Below, one piece after another: positions 17,097 to 25,577 of a DNA stretch of 32,000 bases. The translations under genes and the position numbers were made by a program. Every line of letters starts with the position of its first letter. The first letter of the stretch is position 1. The notes under the pieces were generated by a model. That model did not search any database and was not told the DNA's origin. It saw only the letters and a list, made by a program, of their open reading frames with translations. The DNA comes from Acaryochloris thomasi RCC1774 (GTDB lineage: Bacteria; Cyanobacteriota; Cyanobacteriia; Thermosynechococcales; Thermosynechococcaceae): positions 60,001 through 92,000 of the forward strand of contig NZ_PQWO01000016.1 in assembly GCF_003231495.1 (NCBI RefSeq). Direction: 5' to 3'.

Positions 17097-17509
17097 CGAT
17101 GGGTCAAACAAAAAAGTAAGACAGAATTGGCATCTCATCGTTGAAGAAACACTGCCAAAAGGTATATTCTCACCATTTTATAATCAAAAAAAGCAATTGA
17201 AGCTGTTTTTCCCATAAGCTCAACTAATCCTTTAGGTAATTGTACTTGTCTGTTGTCAGGCTGGTGTGACAATGGGTTGGGCATGCTTGAGCCTATTCAT
17301 CTGCAATATTAGACTGCGTTCGATCAGCGATTGAGGGATCCTTGTCCGAGAATATGCGGATTCCAAAATCAAAATCGGCATGGTAGGTTAATTAAGTTCT
17401 GTTAAGGAAGCACGAAATCGTAACGAGTACAGAGTTCCTCGCCACTTGATGTTGTCAGTGTCGAGTGCAAGGTGCCCTTGATTGCAGAAATGCCCTCTAT
17501 TGCAGAAAT

Positions 17510-18496
17510 ATGAAAACTAAACCTATATTGACTGGCCTTGCTTCGGCCCTCGTTGTCTCAGTTGTTTGCGCCCTATCAGTTAGTCAGGCAAGTGAGCAGA
17601 CTGGCGAAGCATTACAGCCTGAGCAAGGCGAGGCTACGGTTACTCAATCTGAGCCTGAATCTGAGACAACGGTTCCAGAATCGAGTGTAGAGAAAGTCGG
17701 AGAAGTTGAAGCTGAAGCCACTGAGGCTTCTCTAACTCAGCTCTACAGTCATGAAATATTAGGTAAGTCAGCGGTTACGCTTTACGTTAAAGATATCCCT
17801 GTCGTCACGTTTCTCGGGGACAGTTCAAAAGCAAAGGCTGCGGCAGGAACAAAGGTTGCTGGTGATGCCTCTATTGACGAGACAAAAGATCCGATGTGGC
17901 GCGCCACTACAGTCGCTGCCAAGATCAATCAATTTCAGCAGTCTGGGGCTAACGCTGATCTTGTACGCGTAATTTGGGATAAAAAGCAAAAAACCTACGT
18001 CATCCGGGTGCAGGATGAGCAACTGCTGGCGATCAATCAAGAGACGATTCTGCCAAAAACCACGAAAGATGTTGCAGAAGATGCGCTCAAAATCACCAAC
18101 CTCCTACGCAGGCAGCTAGGAGAGGACAAGGCACTGACCGATATTCCTGGTCGTCCGAAGCCTAAGATTGCCAAGGCCGCCAAGAACAAAAATGCTGCTG
18201 TACGCTATCAGCTCAGTGGTCAGGCTTCTTGGTACGGCGGTTACTTTCATGGTCGTAAGACGGCTAGTGGTGAGCGATATAATCAAAATGCTTTGACTGC
18301 AGCCCACAAGACTCTAAGATTTGGAACTCGCGTACGGGTGACAAACCTTAATAATGGCCGCTCTGTGGTGGTTCGCATCAATGACCGGGGGCCCTTTGTC
18401 AGGGGGCGGATTATTGATATGTCTCGAAAAGGGGCACAGGCCATCGGCCTGACAGGAAGCGGCGTTGCTCCCGTCAGAGTCGACGTATTGAAATAA
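17510..18496 (+). CDS. rlpA: RlpA-like septal lytic-transglycosylase family protein (DPBB domain), secreted
   Basis: The C-terminal GQASWYGGYFHGRKTASGERYNQNALTAAHKTLRFGTRVRVTNLNNGRSVVVRINDRGPF is the RlpA double-psi beta-barrel signature. A signal peptide MKTKPILTGLASALVVSVVCALSVSQA starts at ATG 17510. The track ORF begins at GTG 17465. Confidence 0.8.
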   Translation: MKTKPILTGLASALVVSVVCALSVSQASEQTGEALQPEQGEATVTQSEPESETTVPESSVEKVGEVEAEATEASLTQLYSHEILGKSAVTLYVKDIPVVTFLGDSSKAKAAAGTKVAGDASIDETKDPMWRATTVAAKINQFQQSGANADLVRVIWDKKQKTYVIRVQDEQLLAINQETILPKTTKDVAEDALKITNLLRRQLGEDKALTDIPGRPKPKIAKAAKNKNAAVRYQLSGQASWYGGYFHGRKTASGERYNQNALTAAHKTLRFGTRVRVTNLNNGRSVVVRINDRGPFVRGRIIDMSRKGAQAIGLTGSGVAPVRVDVLK

Positions 18497-18520
18497 ACTC
18501 TTTCTCAATATCCATGAGGC

Positions 18521-18554
18521 GCAAGGCTCCTGACAGCTCAGTCGGGAGCCTTGC
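18521..18554 (+). terminator. Long hairpin downstream of rlpA (terminator-like, no U-tract)
   Basis: GCAAGGCTCCTGAC / GTCGGGAGCCTTGC forms a 14-bp stem with one G-U pair and the loop AGCTCA. No T-run follows. Confidence 0.4.
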
Positions 18555-18686
18555 TCATAGAAAGTCCATCACTGCGGTTCTGTCACTCAATTAAAATAAG
18601 AGAAGCAAAATCTAGAGGCCCAAAGCCAAAGCAGGCTAGATTGAGCAACAGTTGCAACACGTCGTGCACATGGAGCATCTCAGTTA

Positions 18687-19025
18687 ATGAGCGAGTTCGG
18701 CAATGATCCAAAGCAGGCAGCCCCGGAACCGGAGGTCGATTCCACGGTGGAGCCAGAGGCCAGTGCTAAAACGAGTATCGAAGAGTTTTTCGTAAATGCG
18801 AATACGGTGACGACCCGCGTCAGGGAACTGCTCCGAGAGGGCAACGTTCGCCAGATTGTCATCAAAACTGAGGCGGGACGCCCGTTTTTCAAGATTCCTT
18901 TTACTGTGGGCTTTATCGGTGGTACGTTGGGTTTAATGATGTCTCCTCTACTCATAACGTCTGTGGCTGCGCTAGGAGTACTGGCTGGACGCTTAACCCT
19001 GGTTGTTGAAAAGAATATAGACTAA
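18687..19025 (+). CDS. DUF4342-like small protein
   Basis: The pattern VRELLREGNVRQIVIKTEAGRPFFKIPFTVGFIGGTLGLMMSPLLITSVAALGVLAGRLTLVVEK matches my recollection of the DUF4342 family. Not verified by search. Confidence 0.5.
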   Translation: MSEFGNDPKQAAPEPEVDSTVEPEASAKTSIEEFFVNANTVTTRVRELLREGNVRQIVIKTEAGRPFFKIPFTVGFIGGTLGLMMSPLLITSVAALGVLAGRLTLVVEKNID

Positions 19026-19047
19026 TCCGCCTCTAGAACTCTGCACT

Positions 19048-19488
19048 ATGGAATTTAAAACACCGGCCCAGCAAGATGGCTTCAAAAAAGTGCGTGGTTG
19101 GATGGATGAATTGTTCAGCCAAATCCCGTGGGAAGTACTAGATGAACCGGGTGTGGGTTTGTTTATGGGGTCAGCTTGGGTAGAAGTCCGGCTCTACCCT
19201 TGGAATGAAGATTCTGTCATTAATATTCGCTCTACCGTGGTATCTGAGGCCAAATTAGATGCAACGCTGCAGAACTTTTTGCTGAGGGAAAACGCTGAAC
19301 TGAGATTCGGGGCGTTTTCTCTCAATGAGGCTGGGGACATTCTGTTTGAGCATACGATTGTTGGCTCGACCTGCGATCCTCAAGAGCTAGAGGCATCTGT
19401 GATGGCGGTGCTGCAGGCCGCTGATGATTACGATGATCAGATCGTGAGCCGCTGGGGTGGCAAACGCGCATTGGATAAAAGCCCCTAG
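19048..19488 (+). CDS. YbjN-like (chaperone/sensory-regulator fold) domain protein
   Basis: The pattern FLLRENAELRFGAFSLNEAGDILFEHTIVGSTCDPQELEASVMAVLQAADDYDDQIVSRWGG is typical of YbjN-family proteins as I recall them. Confidence 0.5.
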   Translation: MEFKTPAQQDGFKKVRGWMDELFSQIPWEVLDEPGVGLFMGSAWVEVRLYPWNEDSVINIRSTVVSEAKLDATLQNFLLRENAELRFGAFSLNEAGDILFEHTIVGSTCDPQELEASVMAVLQAADDYDDQIVSRWGGKRALDKSP

Positions 19489-20067
19489 CTAAAATTACTG
19501 TACGCTTTCCTTTGTTTTTGGCGATGGCAACCATTGCTGTCTCGTTGTAATTGCTGCGACTGATTCTTTTCTGTAGGTCTACAAGTCGTCCCTCTCATCA
19601 GACAGCCGCAGCAATCCTAGTTGACTGACAAAACTTTCTCACTTGACGGTTGAAACCGCAGCTATACGAAGATGATCTGCCTGCGCGGATTGTCGAAAGC
19701 CTTGATATGTATAGTCTGCAGAGGCAGGCTTCGTTCTTGTAAGTGCGAATTTTGTTCGCCAGCTTCTTCAATTACCAGGTATAGCAAGACACCTACTAAT
19801 TAGGGCAGTTAAATAGCTGCAACCCTTTTATGGCCTAGAAAAGCTGTCCTAAATCGGTTGCGTGCTGTAGCGTTATTTCCCTGAGAAAAGCGCAATAAAT
19901 ATTAAGCGTTTGCCGTGTCGATATTAGCTAACGCTGTGAGTGAACTTAGCTCCACAACGGCACTGAATGCTGTTCATTAACCTATCGAGGTCAGTAAACA
20001 GTACAAGCTTCTAAATCCTTAAAACAATGTCAAGAGTCTTCAATCTTGCGGGCGCTGCACTGCATTT

Positions 20068-20361
20068 TTGTTAAAATTGGTAAACATAATGATAATTTTG
20101 CTTGCCACTGCGGCTGGACTCGTACTCTGGTCATTTCAGCTCATGCGATCGGCTCTAAGATTGCGTGAAGCATCGCTGATCTTTGCCGGTACGCTAGTCG
20201 CTCTCTCCGCTGTGGGTTTAGTGGCAGTCTACCTGTTGATGGATAGCTGCATGGGTTACTTGTCTGCAGATATGGCACCATCAGAGGCTTCGCCCCCAAT
20301 TGTTGTGCAGCAGCAAAGCTTAGTTCCTTCCGATCGCTCTTCTGAATTCCGCATTCTGTAG
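20068..20361 (+). CDS. Hypothetical small membrane protein (start uncertain, TTG 20068 or ATG 20089)
   Basis: Two hydrophobic segments (IILLATAAGLVLWSF and IFAGTLVALSAVGLVAVYLLM). No recognised motif. Confidence 0.35.
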   Translation: MLKLVNIMIILLATAAGLVLWSFQLMRSALRLREASLIFAGTLVALSAVGLVAVYLLMDSCMGYLSADMAPSEASPPIVVQQQSLVPSDRSSEFRIL

Positions 20362-20616
20362 GACGAAGCAAGTTCCGTAGTCAGCACACTGACGTGTTTT
20401 AGGTTCACGAATAACGAATTTTAATCAGTGAGTTTTTGGTGGTTGAAATTTAGGGCACTCTTAAGAGTGGAGTGAGGTTTGAAGCGTGCCTTGCCTGCTT
20501 TGCTGTCTGTGGAGTGATTAACTCGATGGTCGGTGAGGGGAGTTTAATCAGCTTGAGTTCCCTTAGGGGCGTATTCTGGTAGACGTATAGAATTTTGAAG
20601 CCATACTTAGTCAAAC

Positions 20617-21207
20617 ATGACCATTGAATTGTTGAGATCGCTAGCTTGGACCGACTACCGGCTCTCTCTCTTGTTTGTAGTCTTAGCGCCACTGGGTTTA
20701 CTGATTTGGTCGATTACTAAGAAGGCCAAGCCCATCACCAATCTGCTCGTGATCTACTGGCGAGTTGCCAGTCTACTTCTGATTGCGGTGTACCTAATGA
20801 TGGCAGAATTACCGTTTAGCTTTATTGTGCGATTCTGCGGCTTGTTGCTAGTGCTGATCAGTCTTTGGTTCTGGGCAGACCTAAACGAAGAGATTGAAGA
20901 TCAGCGGGGTGAGCTGAAGCTGGCTTTTGGCGCTTGGCGCTGGGCCATGACTTTTTACTGTGGAATAGCCGCCATTGGTCAACTGCCGTTTCTGAAATGT
21001 GCGTTGTCGAAAGAAGCTATTTCTGATTCGATGTGCCAAGTCTGGCTCCAGGCTCCTTGGGGTTACAAAGCGCTCTTGCATGGAGGTACCAATGCGGGGA
21101 AACTGGGTTTTATTGCCATGATTGCGCTGGTGCTGTACGGCCTCTACTTTATTTATTTTCTGCTGTTCCGTTTGGCTAAGCAGGGACGTTCTGCGACTGG
21201 CTTCTAG
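20617..21207 (+). CDS. Conserved-looking multi-pass membrane protein (possibly DUF3177-like)
   Basis: 196 aa with about 5 hydrophobic helices. The family name is from memory only. Confidence 0.55.
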   Translation: MTIELLRSLAWTDYRLSLLFVVLAPLGLLIWSITKKAKPITNLLVIYWRVASLLLIAVYLMMAELPFSFIVRFCGLLLVLISLWFWADLNEEIEDQRGELKLAFGAWRWAMTFYCGIAAIGQLPFLKCALSKEAISDSMCQVWLQAPWGYKALLHGGTNAGKLGFIAMIALVLYGLYFIYFLLFRLAKQGRSATGF

Positions 21208-21241
21208 TTCTGCTCGTGCTTAATGGAGAGTCCCTAGCGAT

Positions 21242-21538
21242 ATGCAAAGTCCTGGATATCGACTGGAGCAATATACCTTACAGCATCTTCAGGAGGTGCT
21301 ACTGGTGCAGGTTGAAAGTGAAGGTCAGAGGGATGAGGTTGTCATTTTTAAGGGTTACTCTAGTTCTTTGACTAGTCCGACGAACTTTGATCCAGATATG
21401 CCGGTGCTACCAGAACAGGCCAGAATTTTGACGGTTGATCGCTTAATGGGGCCTTACAATCCGGCTGAGCCTCAGTATCTACAGCGGGGCTTGTCATGGC
21501 CGGAGATGCAGGCTGTTTTAGCTGCAGAGGGACTCTAA
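21242..21538 (+). CDS. Hypothetical protein
   Basis: 98-aa ORF with host-like composition, packed between co-directional genes. No motif recognised. Confidence 0.5.
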   Translation: MQSPGYRLEQYTLQHLQEVLLVQVESEGQRDEVVIFKGYSSSLTSPTNFDPDMPVLPEQARILTVDRLMGPYNPAEPQYLQRGLSWPEMQAVLAAEGL

Positions 21539-21550
21539 CGGAGGCATCAA

Positions 21551-22333
21551 ATGATGCGGCTATTCAGAACTTTTGTGCCTTTCTATGTTCTCGCGTTGAT
21601 GCTAGCGGTTGATGCGGTACAGGCGGCAGAGTGGTCTGAGATTCTACGTCGCGGGCACTTGGTGGTGGCGGTCAAGGACAATCTTAGACCGCTGGGGTTC
21701 CGTGATCGGCAAGGTCGGCTCCAGGGGTTTGAAATTGATTTAGCCCGACAGTTGGCCCAAGATTTGCTGGGGGATTCAACGGCGGTAGTGCTGAAGCCTG
21801 TTTTGAACCAGGATCGGCTCACGGCTGTCATTGAAGGAGAGGTAGATGTTGCGATCGCAAACATAACCCGCACCGACAACCGTAGGCGGATCGCCAACTT
21901 CAGCTTGCCCTACCACACCAGCTCCACCCAACTGATCACTCAAGCCTCACAAATCCGCGAAGCCAAAGATCTGCAGACGATTGCAGTTCTGCAGCATTCC
22001 CATAATATTGCAGTCCTCAAATCCGCATTCCCCAACACGAATCTGATTGGTGTCCGTACTTACCAAGACGCCATAACCCACCTAGAAACGCAAAAAGCTG
22101 ATGCCTTTGCGGGTGATCAAGCCGTTCTTACTGGCTGGCAGCAAAAAAACTCAGCCTATCGAATCATCGGGCAACCCCTAGCTCGTCAGCCTTTGGCAGT
22201 CGCGCTGCCGAAGGGCCTGCAGTACAACTCGCTGCTAGACAAGATTAATCAGTCATTAGATCAGCTCAACCAGTCAGGATGGCTAGAGCAACGCCGACAG
22301 CATTGGGGACTAGAACAGCACCGCAAACTTTGA
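21551..22333 (+). CDS. Amino-acid ABC transporter substrate-binding protein (family 3 SBP), orphan
   Basis: Signal peptide, then LVVAVKDNLRPLGFRDRQGRLQGFEIDLARQLA...VDVAIANITRTDNRRRIANFSLPY, an SBP_bac_3-like pattern. No permease or ATPase gene is adjacent. Confidence 0.8.
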   Translation: MMRLFRTFVPFYVLALMLAVDAVQAAEWSEILRRGHLVVAVKDNLRPLGFRDRQGRLQGFEIDLARQLAQDLLGDSTAVVLKPVLNQDRLTAVIEGEVDVAIANITRTDNRRRIANFSLPYHTSSTQLITQASQIREAKDLQTIAVLQHSHNIAVLKSAFPNTNLIGVRTYQDAITHLETQKADAFAGDQAVLTGWQQKNSAYRIIGQPLARQPLAVALPKGLQYNSLLDKINQSLDQLNQSGWLEQRRQHWGLEQHRKL

Positions 22334-22378
22334 ACAGTTTGATAGGCTGAAGACAGCGTCGTTTATGAAATCCTGTTA

Positions 22379-22936
22379 ATGCAAGCTCTAAAAAGTCTGC
22401 CTTTAGCCACAATTTATTTGGCACTCTTGCTCGGCCTTCTCCTCTTTGCCGTGATCATGATTGGTCGCCAAGTGATGCAAACCCGCAAAACCGAATCCAC
22501 GATCGCACGCCTGCAGACAAAGATTCGCGAAGGCTCAGGCAGTGTCGAAGAATATTTTGAGCTGGGCAGCATTTACCTGATGAAAAAACTGCCCGGTCAA
22601 GCGGTGGGACAGTTTCAGAAAGCCATCAAGCTGATCGAAGCAGACGAAGAGATTCCGCCCGAGAGTGCGCCGATCTATAACGCTCTGGGTTTTGCCTTCT
22701 TCAATCAAGATCAGTTTGATATGGCGATTCGTCAATATAAAGAAGCCCTCGAGCGTCAGCCGACCTATGTGACAGCGCTCAACAACTTGGGGCATGTCTA
22801 CGAGAAGAAGAATTTGACCTCGCAGGCGCTGGAAACCTACGAGAAGAGTTTAGAGCAAGACCCTAAAAATTCCACCGCCAATCGCCGCATCAAGGTACTC
22901 AAGCGTCGGCTTGTCCCCACAAGTCCCACTAGCTAA
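22379..22936 (+). CDS. Membrane-anchored TPR-repeat protein
   Basis: An N-terminal transmembrane segment (LATIYLALLLGLLLFAVIMI) is followed by TPR units such as YNALGFAFFNQDQFDMAIRQYKEALERQPTY and LNNLGHVYEKKNLTSQALETYEKSLEQDP. Confidence 0.75.
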   Translation: MQALKSLPLATIYLALLLGLLLFAVIMIGRQVMQTRKTESTIARLQTKIREGSGSVEEYFELGSIYLMKKLPGQAVGQFQKAIKLIEADEEIPPESAPIYNALGFAFFNQDQFDMAIRQYKEALERQPTYVTALNNLGHVYEKKNLTSQALETYEKSLEQDPKNSTANRRIKVLKRRLVPTSPTS

Positions 22937-22947
22937 GGCAACTCACC

Positions 22948-23202
22948 ATGCCTGATCAATTAATGTACAGCGAGGATATGTACGTCGTGATTGAGACGGG
23001 ACAACCCGAACAATTTTTGACGGCGGCAGAAATGCTCTCTCGACTGGAATCACTCCTGCAGCAATACCCTGAACAAGCAGCAGACCTGCAGCATCTGCCA
23101 ACATTGACCGCCCAGGCACAGCATTTGCTAAATACAGGCTGTGAGCTGGATCTTGGCGACGAACAGTATCTGCAGTGGTATGCCGTCCGTCTTGAAAAAT
23201 AA
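22948..23202 (+). CDS. Small conserved cyanobacterial protein (possibly CRR7-like)
   Basis: 84 aa. MPDQLMYSEDMYVVIETGQPEQFLT...YLQWYAVRLEK resembles my recollection of the chlororespiratory-reduction-7 family. Unverified. Confidence 0.45.
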   Translation: MPDQLMYSEDMYVVIETGQPEQFLTAAEMLSRLESLLQQYPEQAADLQHLPTLTAQAQHLLNTGCELDLGDEQYLQWYAVRLEK

Positions 23203-23224
23203 CCTTCTTTGGCGTCACTGAACT

Positions 23225-25153
23225 ATGGCTAATTCTGTCGTTGCCCCCTACGGCTCTTGGAAGTCGCCGATCACCTCTGAGCTGATCGTCGCCGGCAGCA
23301 TTGGTCTAGGTGATTTAGCCATTGATGGCGACAATCTCTACTGGACAGAACTACGCCCCACTGAAAAAGGACGCTCTGTTCTGGTTCAACAAACAGCAAG
23401 GGGCAAAAGCGATGTGACTCCTGCTCCCTGGAACGTTCGCTCGCGCGTCCATGAATACGGCGGTGGAGCTTTTCTTGTCGATCAGGGCACCGTTTACTTC
23501 ACAAACAATAGTGACCAGCGACTGTACCGCCAACGAGAGGGGCAATCCCCGGAATCTCTGACGCCAGAGACCACTCATGATCGCTACACCAATCCCATCA
23601 TTGATCACCATCAAGACCGCATCCTCTGCATCCGCGAAGACCATCAGGCAGAAGTCACCAATACTTTAGTCAGCGTTGACTTAAAGACGGATAGCGAAAA
23701 GCCCGTCCAGACTTTGGCGCAGGGCCATGACTTCTATGCCTCTCCCTGCCTTAGCCCCGACGGCACTCAGCTTGCTTGGCTCACCTGGGATAACCCCAAT
23801 CTCCCCTGGGATGGCACGGATCTCTGGCTGGCTACGTTCGAGGCGGATGGCACTCTCTCACAGCCACAGCACATTGCGGGTGGCACAGATGAATCAATCT
23901 TTCAGCCTCAGTGGTCCCCTGACGGACAGCTTTATTTCATCTCTGATCGCACTGGCTGGTGGAACCTTTATCGCTGGCAAGAGAGTAAAGCCCATCCTCT
24001 CTGTCCGATGTCGGCGGAGTTCGGCCTCCCTCAATGGGTGTTTGGCATGTCAACCTACGGCTTCATTGCTGCCGAGCAGATTCTTTGTTCCTACAATCTT
24101 CAGGGACAGTGGCATCTAGGACGCCTGGATGTCAGCAACGGCCAGATGCAAGAAGTTGAGACGGACTACACCAATATTTCGGGCCTGAAGGTCGGGCCAG
24201 CCTTCGCCACATTTAAAGGCAGCTCTCCTACAACGGCAACAGAAATTGTGCAGCTCGATCTGAAAACGGATCAGCAATCGGTTGTCTGTAGCGCCAGTCA
24301 ACTCGATCTTGACCCGGCCTATCTCTCTGAGCCAGAGCTGCTGGAATTCCCAACAGAGGGGGGCCTGACGGCCTATGGATTTTATTACCCCCCTAAAAAT
24401 AAGGATTTTCAAGGCTCCACGACGGAAAAGCCGCCTTTGATTGTGAAGAGCCACGGGGGGCCAACGGCGGCAACGTCAAGTAGCTTGAGCTTAAAAATTC
24501 AGTACTGGACCAGTCGCGGTTTTGCTGTTCTAGACGTGAACTATGGCGGCAGTACGGGCTATGGCCGCGCCTATCAGCATCGCCTGCGTGATCAGTGGGG
24601 GATTGTAGATGTCGATGACTGCGTGAACGGTGCCCAGTATTTAGCGAAGCAAGACCTTGTGGATTGCGATCGCATGGCGATCACCGGCAGCAGTGCAGGC
24701 GGCTACACAACATTAGCGGCTCTCACGTTTCGGGATGTGTTTAAGGCCGGGGCTAGCTACTACGGCATCGGCGATCTAGAAGCGCTTGCTAAAGACACCC
24801 ATAAGTTTGAAGCTCGCTATCTCGACCGACTAATTGGCCCCTATCCCGAGCGTCAGGATCTATATCAAGAGCGCTCCCCCATCCACCACGTCGAGCAGCT
24901 ATCCTGTCCCGTGATTTTTTTGCAGGGACTTGAAGACAAAGTGGTGCCGCCGAATCAGGCTGAGGCAATGGTCAATGCCTTGAAAGAGAAAGGGATTCCG
25001 GTGGCCTACGTCACCTTCCCTGAAGAACAACATGGTTTTCGGCAAGCTAAGAATATCAAGCGGGCCCTAGATAGTGAGCTGTACTTTTATTCGCAGGTTT
25101 TTAGATTTGCGATCGCAGACACCGTTGAAGCGGTCCCCATTGAGAACCTTTAG
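23225..25153 (+). CDS. S9-family serine peptidase (prolyl oligopeptidase / acylaminoacyl peptidase-like)
   Basis: An N-terminal beta-propeller-like region (WSPDG repeats) precedes a C-terminal alpha/beta hydrolase domain. That domain has the nucleophile motif ITGSSAGGYT and a later EEQHGF. Confidence 0.9.
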   Translation: MANSVVAPYGSWKSPITSELIVAGSIGLGDLAIDGDNLYWTELRPTEKGRSVLVQQTARGKSDVTPAPWNVRSRVHEYGGGAFLVDQGTVYFTNNSDQRLYRQREGQSPESLTPETTHDRYTNPIIDHHQDRILCIREDHQAEVTNTLVSVDLKTDSEKPVQTLAQGHDFYASPCLSPDGTQLAWLTWDNPNLPWDGTDLWLATFEADGTLSQPQHIAGGTDESIFQPQWSPDGQLYFISDRTGWWNLYRWQESKAHPLCPMSAEFGLPQWVFGMSTYGFIAAEQILCSYNLQGQWHLGRLDVSNGQMQEVETDYTNISGLKVGPAFATFKGSSPTTATEIVQLDLKTDQQSVVCSASQLDLDPAYLSEPELLEFPTEGGLTAYGFYYPPKNKDFQGSTTEKPPLIVKSHGGPTAATSSSLSLKIQYWTSRGFAVLDVNYGGSTGYGRAYQHRLRDQWGIVDVDDCVNGAQYLAKQDLVDCDRMAITGSSAGGYTTLAALTFRDVFKAGASYYGIGDLEALAKDTHKFEARYLDRLIGPYPERQDLYQERSPIHHVEQLSCPVIFLQGLEDKVVPPNQAEAMVNALKEKGIPVAYVTFPEEQHGFRQAKNIKRALDSELYFYSQVFRFAIADTVEAVPIENL

Positions 25154-25194
25154 CATCCAATGGGGAACCGAATATCCGCGTATATAACCGTCAG

Positions 25195-25236
25195 TTTTAT
25201 ACGTTATTGGCTAATGTTTATACGCTATTGGCTGAT
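25195..25236. repeat. 21-bp tandem duplication spanning the stop codon of the minus-strand ORF 25225-25530
   Basis: ttttatacgttattggctaat (25195-25215) is followed directly by gtttatacgctattggctgat (25216-25236). Read on the minus strand, both copies encode I-S-Q-stop. Confidence 0.8.
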
Positions 25237-25530
25237 AGGTTCACCATCTAATAGCTCTAGCTGTCCTGACTCTCTCAGACAAGCCAAACGCCAGGTTTGA
25301 GACGTTACCTTACCCGGAAGATAGCCTGCAATGGTCAGATGAGTGGGCTGTCCACCCGAATTGGTCTTGACCAGCAGCTCTCCATTGCTCTGGCTCATGA
25401 TCACCGCCTCAATTTCAAACTCACCCTCCTGCTCCCAAGGCATCGCTTCACCAGGCTCGACCTCTTGAGGATTACTGCGGCGCACCGCACGATTATCGTT
25501 AGCAGGATTGGAAACAGACATGACAAACAC
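25225..25530 (-). CDS. Hypothetical protein
   Basis: 101-aa ORF (alternative start MSVSNP). No motif recognised. Confidence 0.45.
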   Translation of the reverse strand: MFVMSVSNPANDNRAVRRSNPQEVEPGEAMPWEQEGEFEIEAVIMSQSNGELLVKTNSGGQPTHLTIAGYLPGKVTSQTWRLACLRESGQLELLDGEPISQ

Positions 25531-25577
25531 CCTAGGGGAGATAAAACGACAGCTATTATTAGGCTATCACCTTAGAA

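Noticed and set aside
17465-17509. GTG-initiated 15-codon extension of rlpA (MQGALDCRNALYCRN)
   Set aside because: The signal peptide begins at the ATG at 17510. The extension is made of the duplicated ATTGCAGAAAT element rather than protein-like sequence.
19672-19803. 43-codon Cys-rich ORF (MICLRGLSKALICIVCRGRLRSCKCEFCSPASS...) in the large intergenic gap, with a CxxC...CxCxxC pattern
   Set aside because: It is rich in rare codons (ATA, AGA, AGG) and has no ribosome-binding site. The Cys pattern can arise by chance in TG-rich sequence. It is kept only as a note under the gap finding.
20456-20469. 14-bp perfect palindrome CACTCTTAAGAGTG about 150 bp upstream of the 20617 gene
   Set aside because: It is isolated, with no second copy or recognisable consensus. 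It could be an operator but there is no supporting context.
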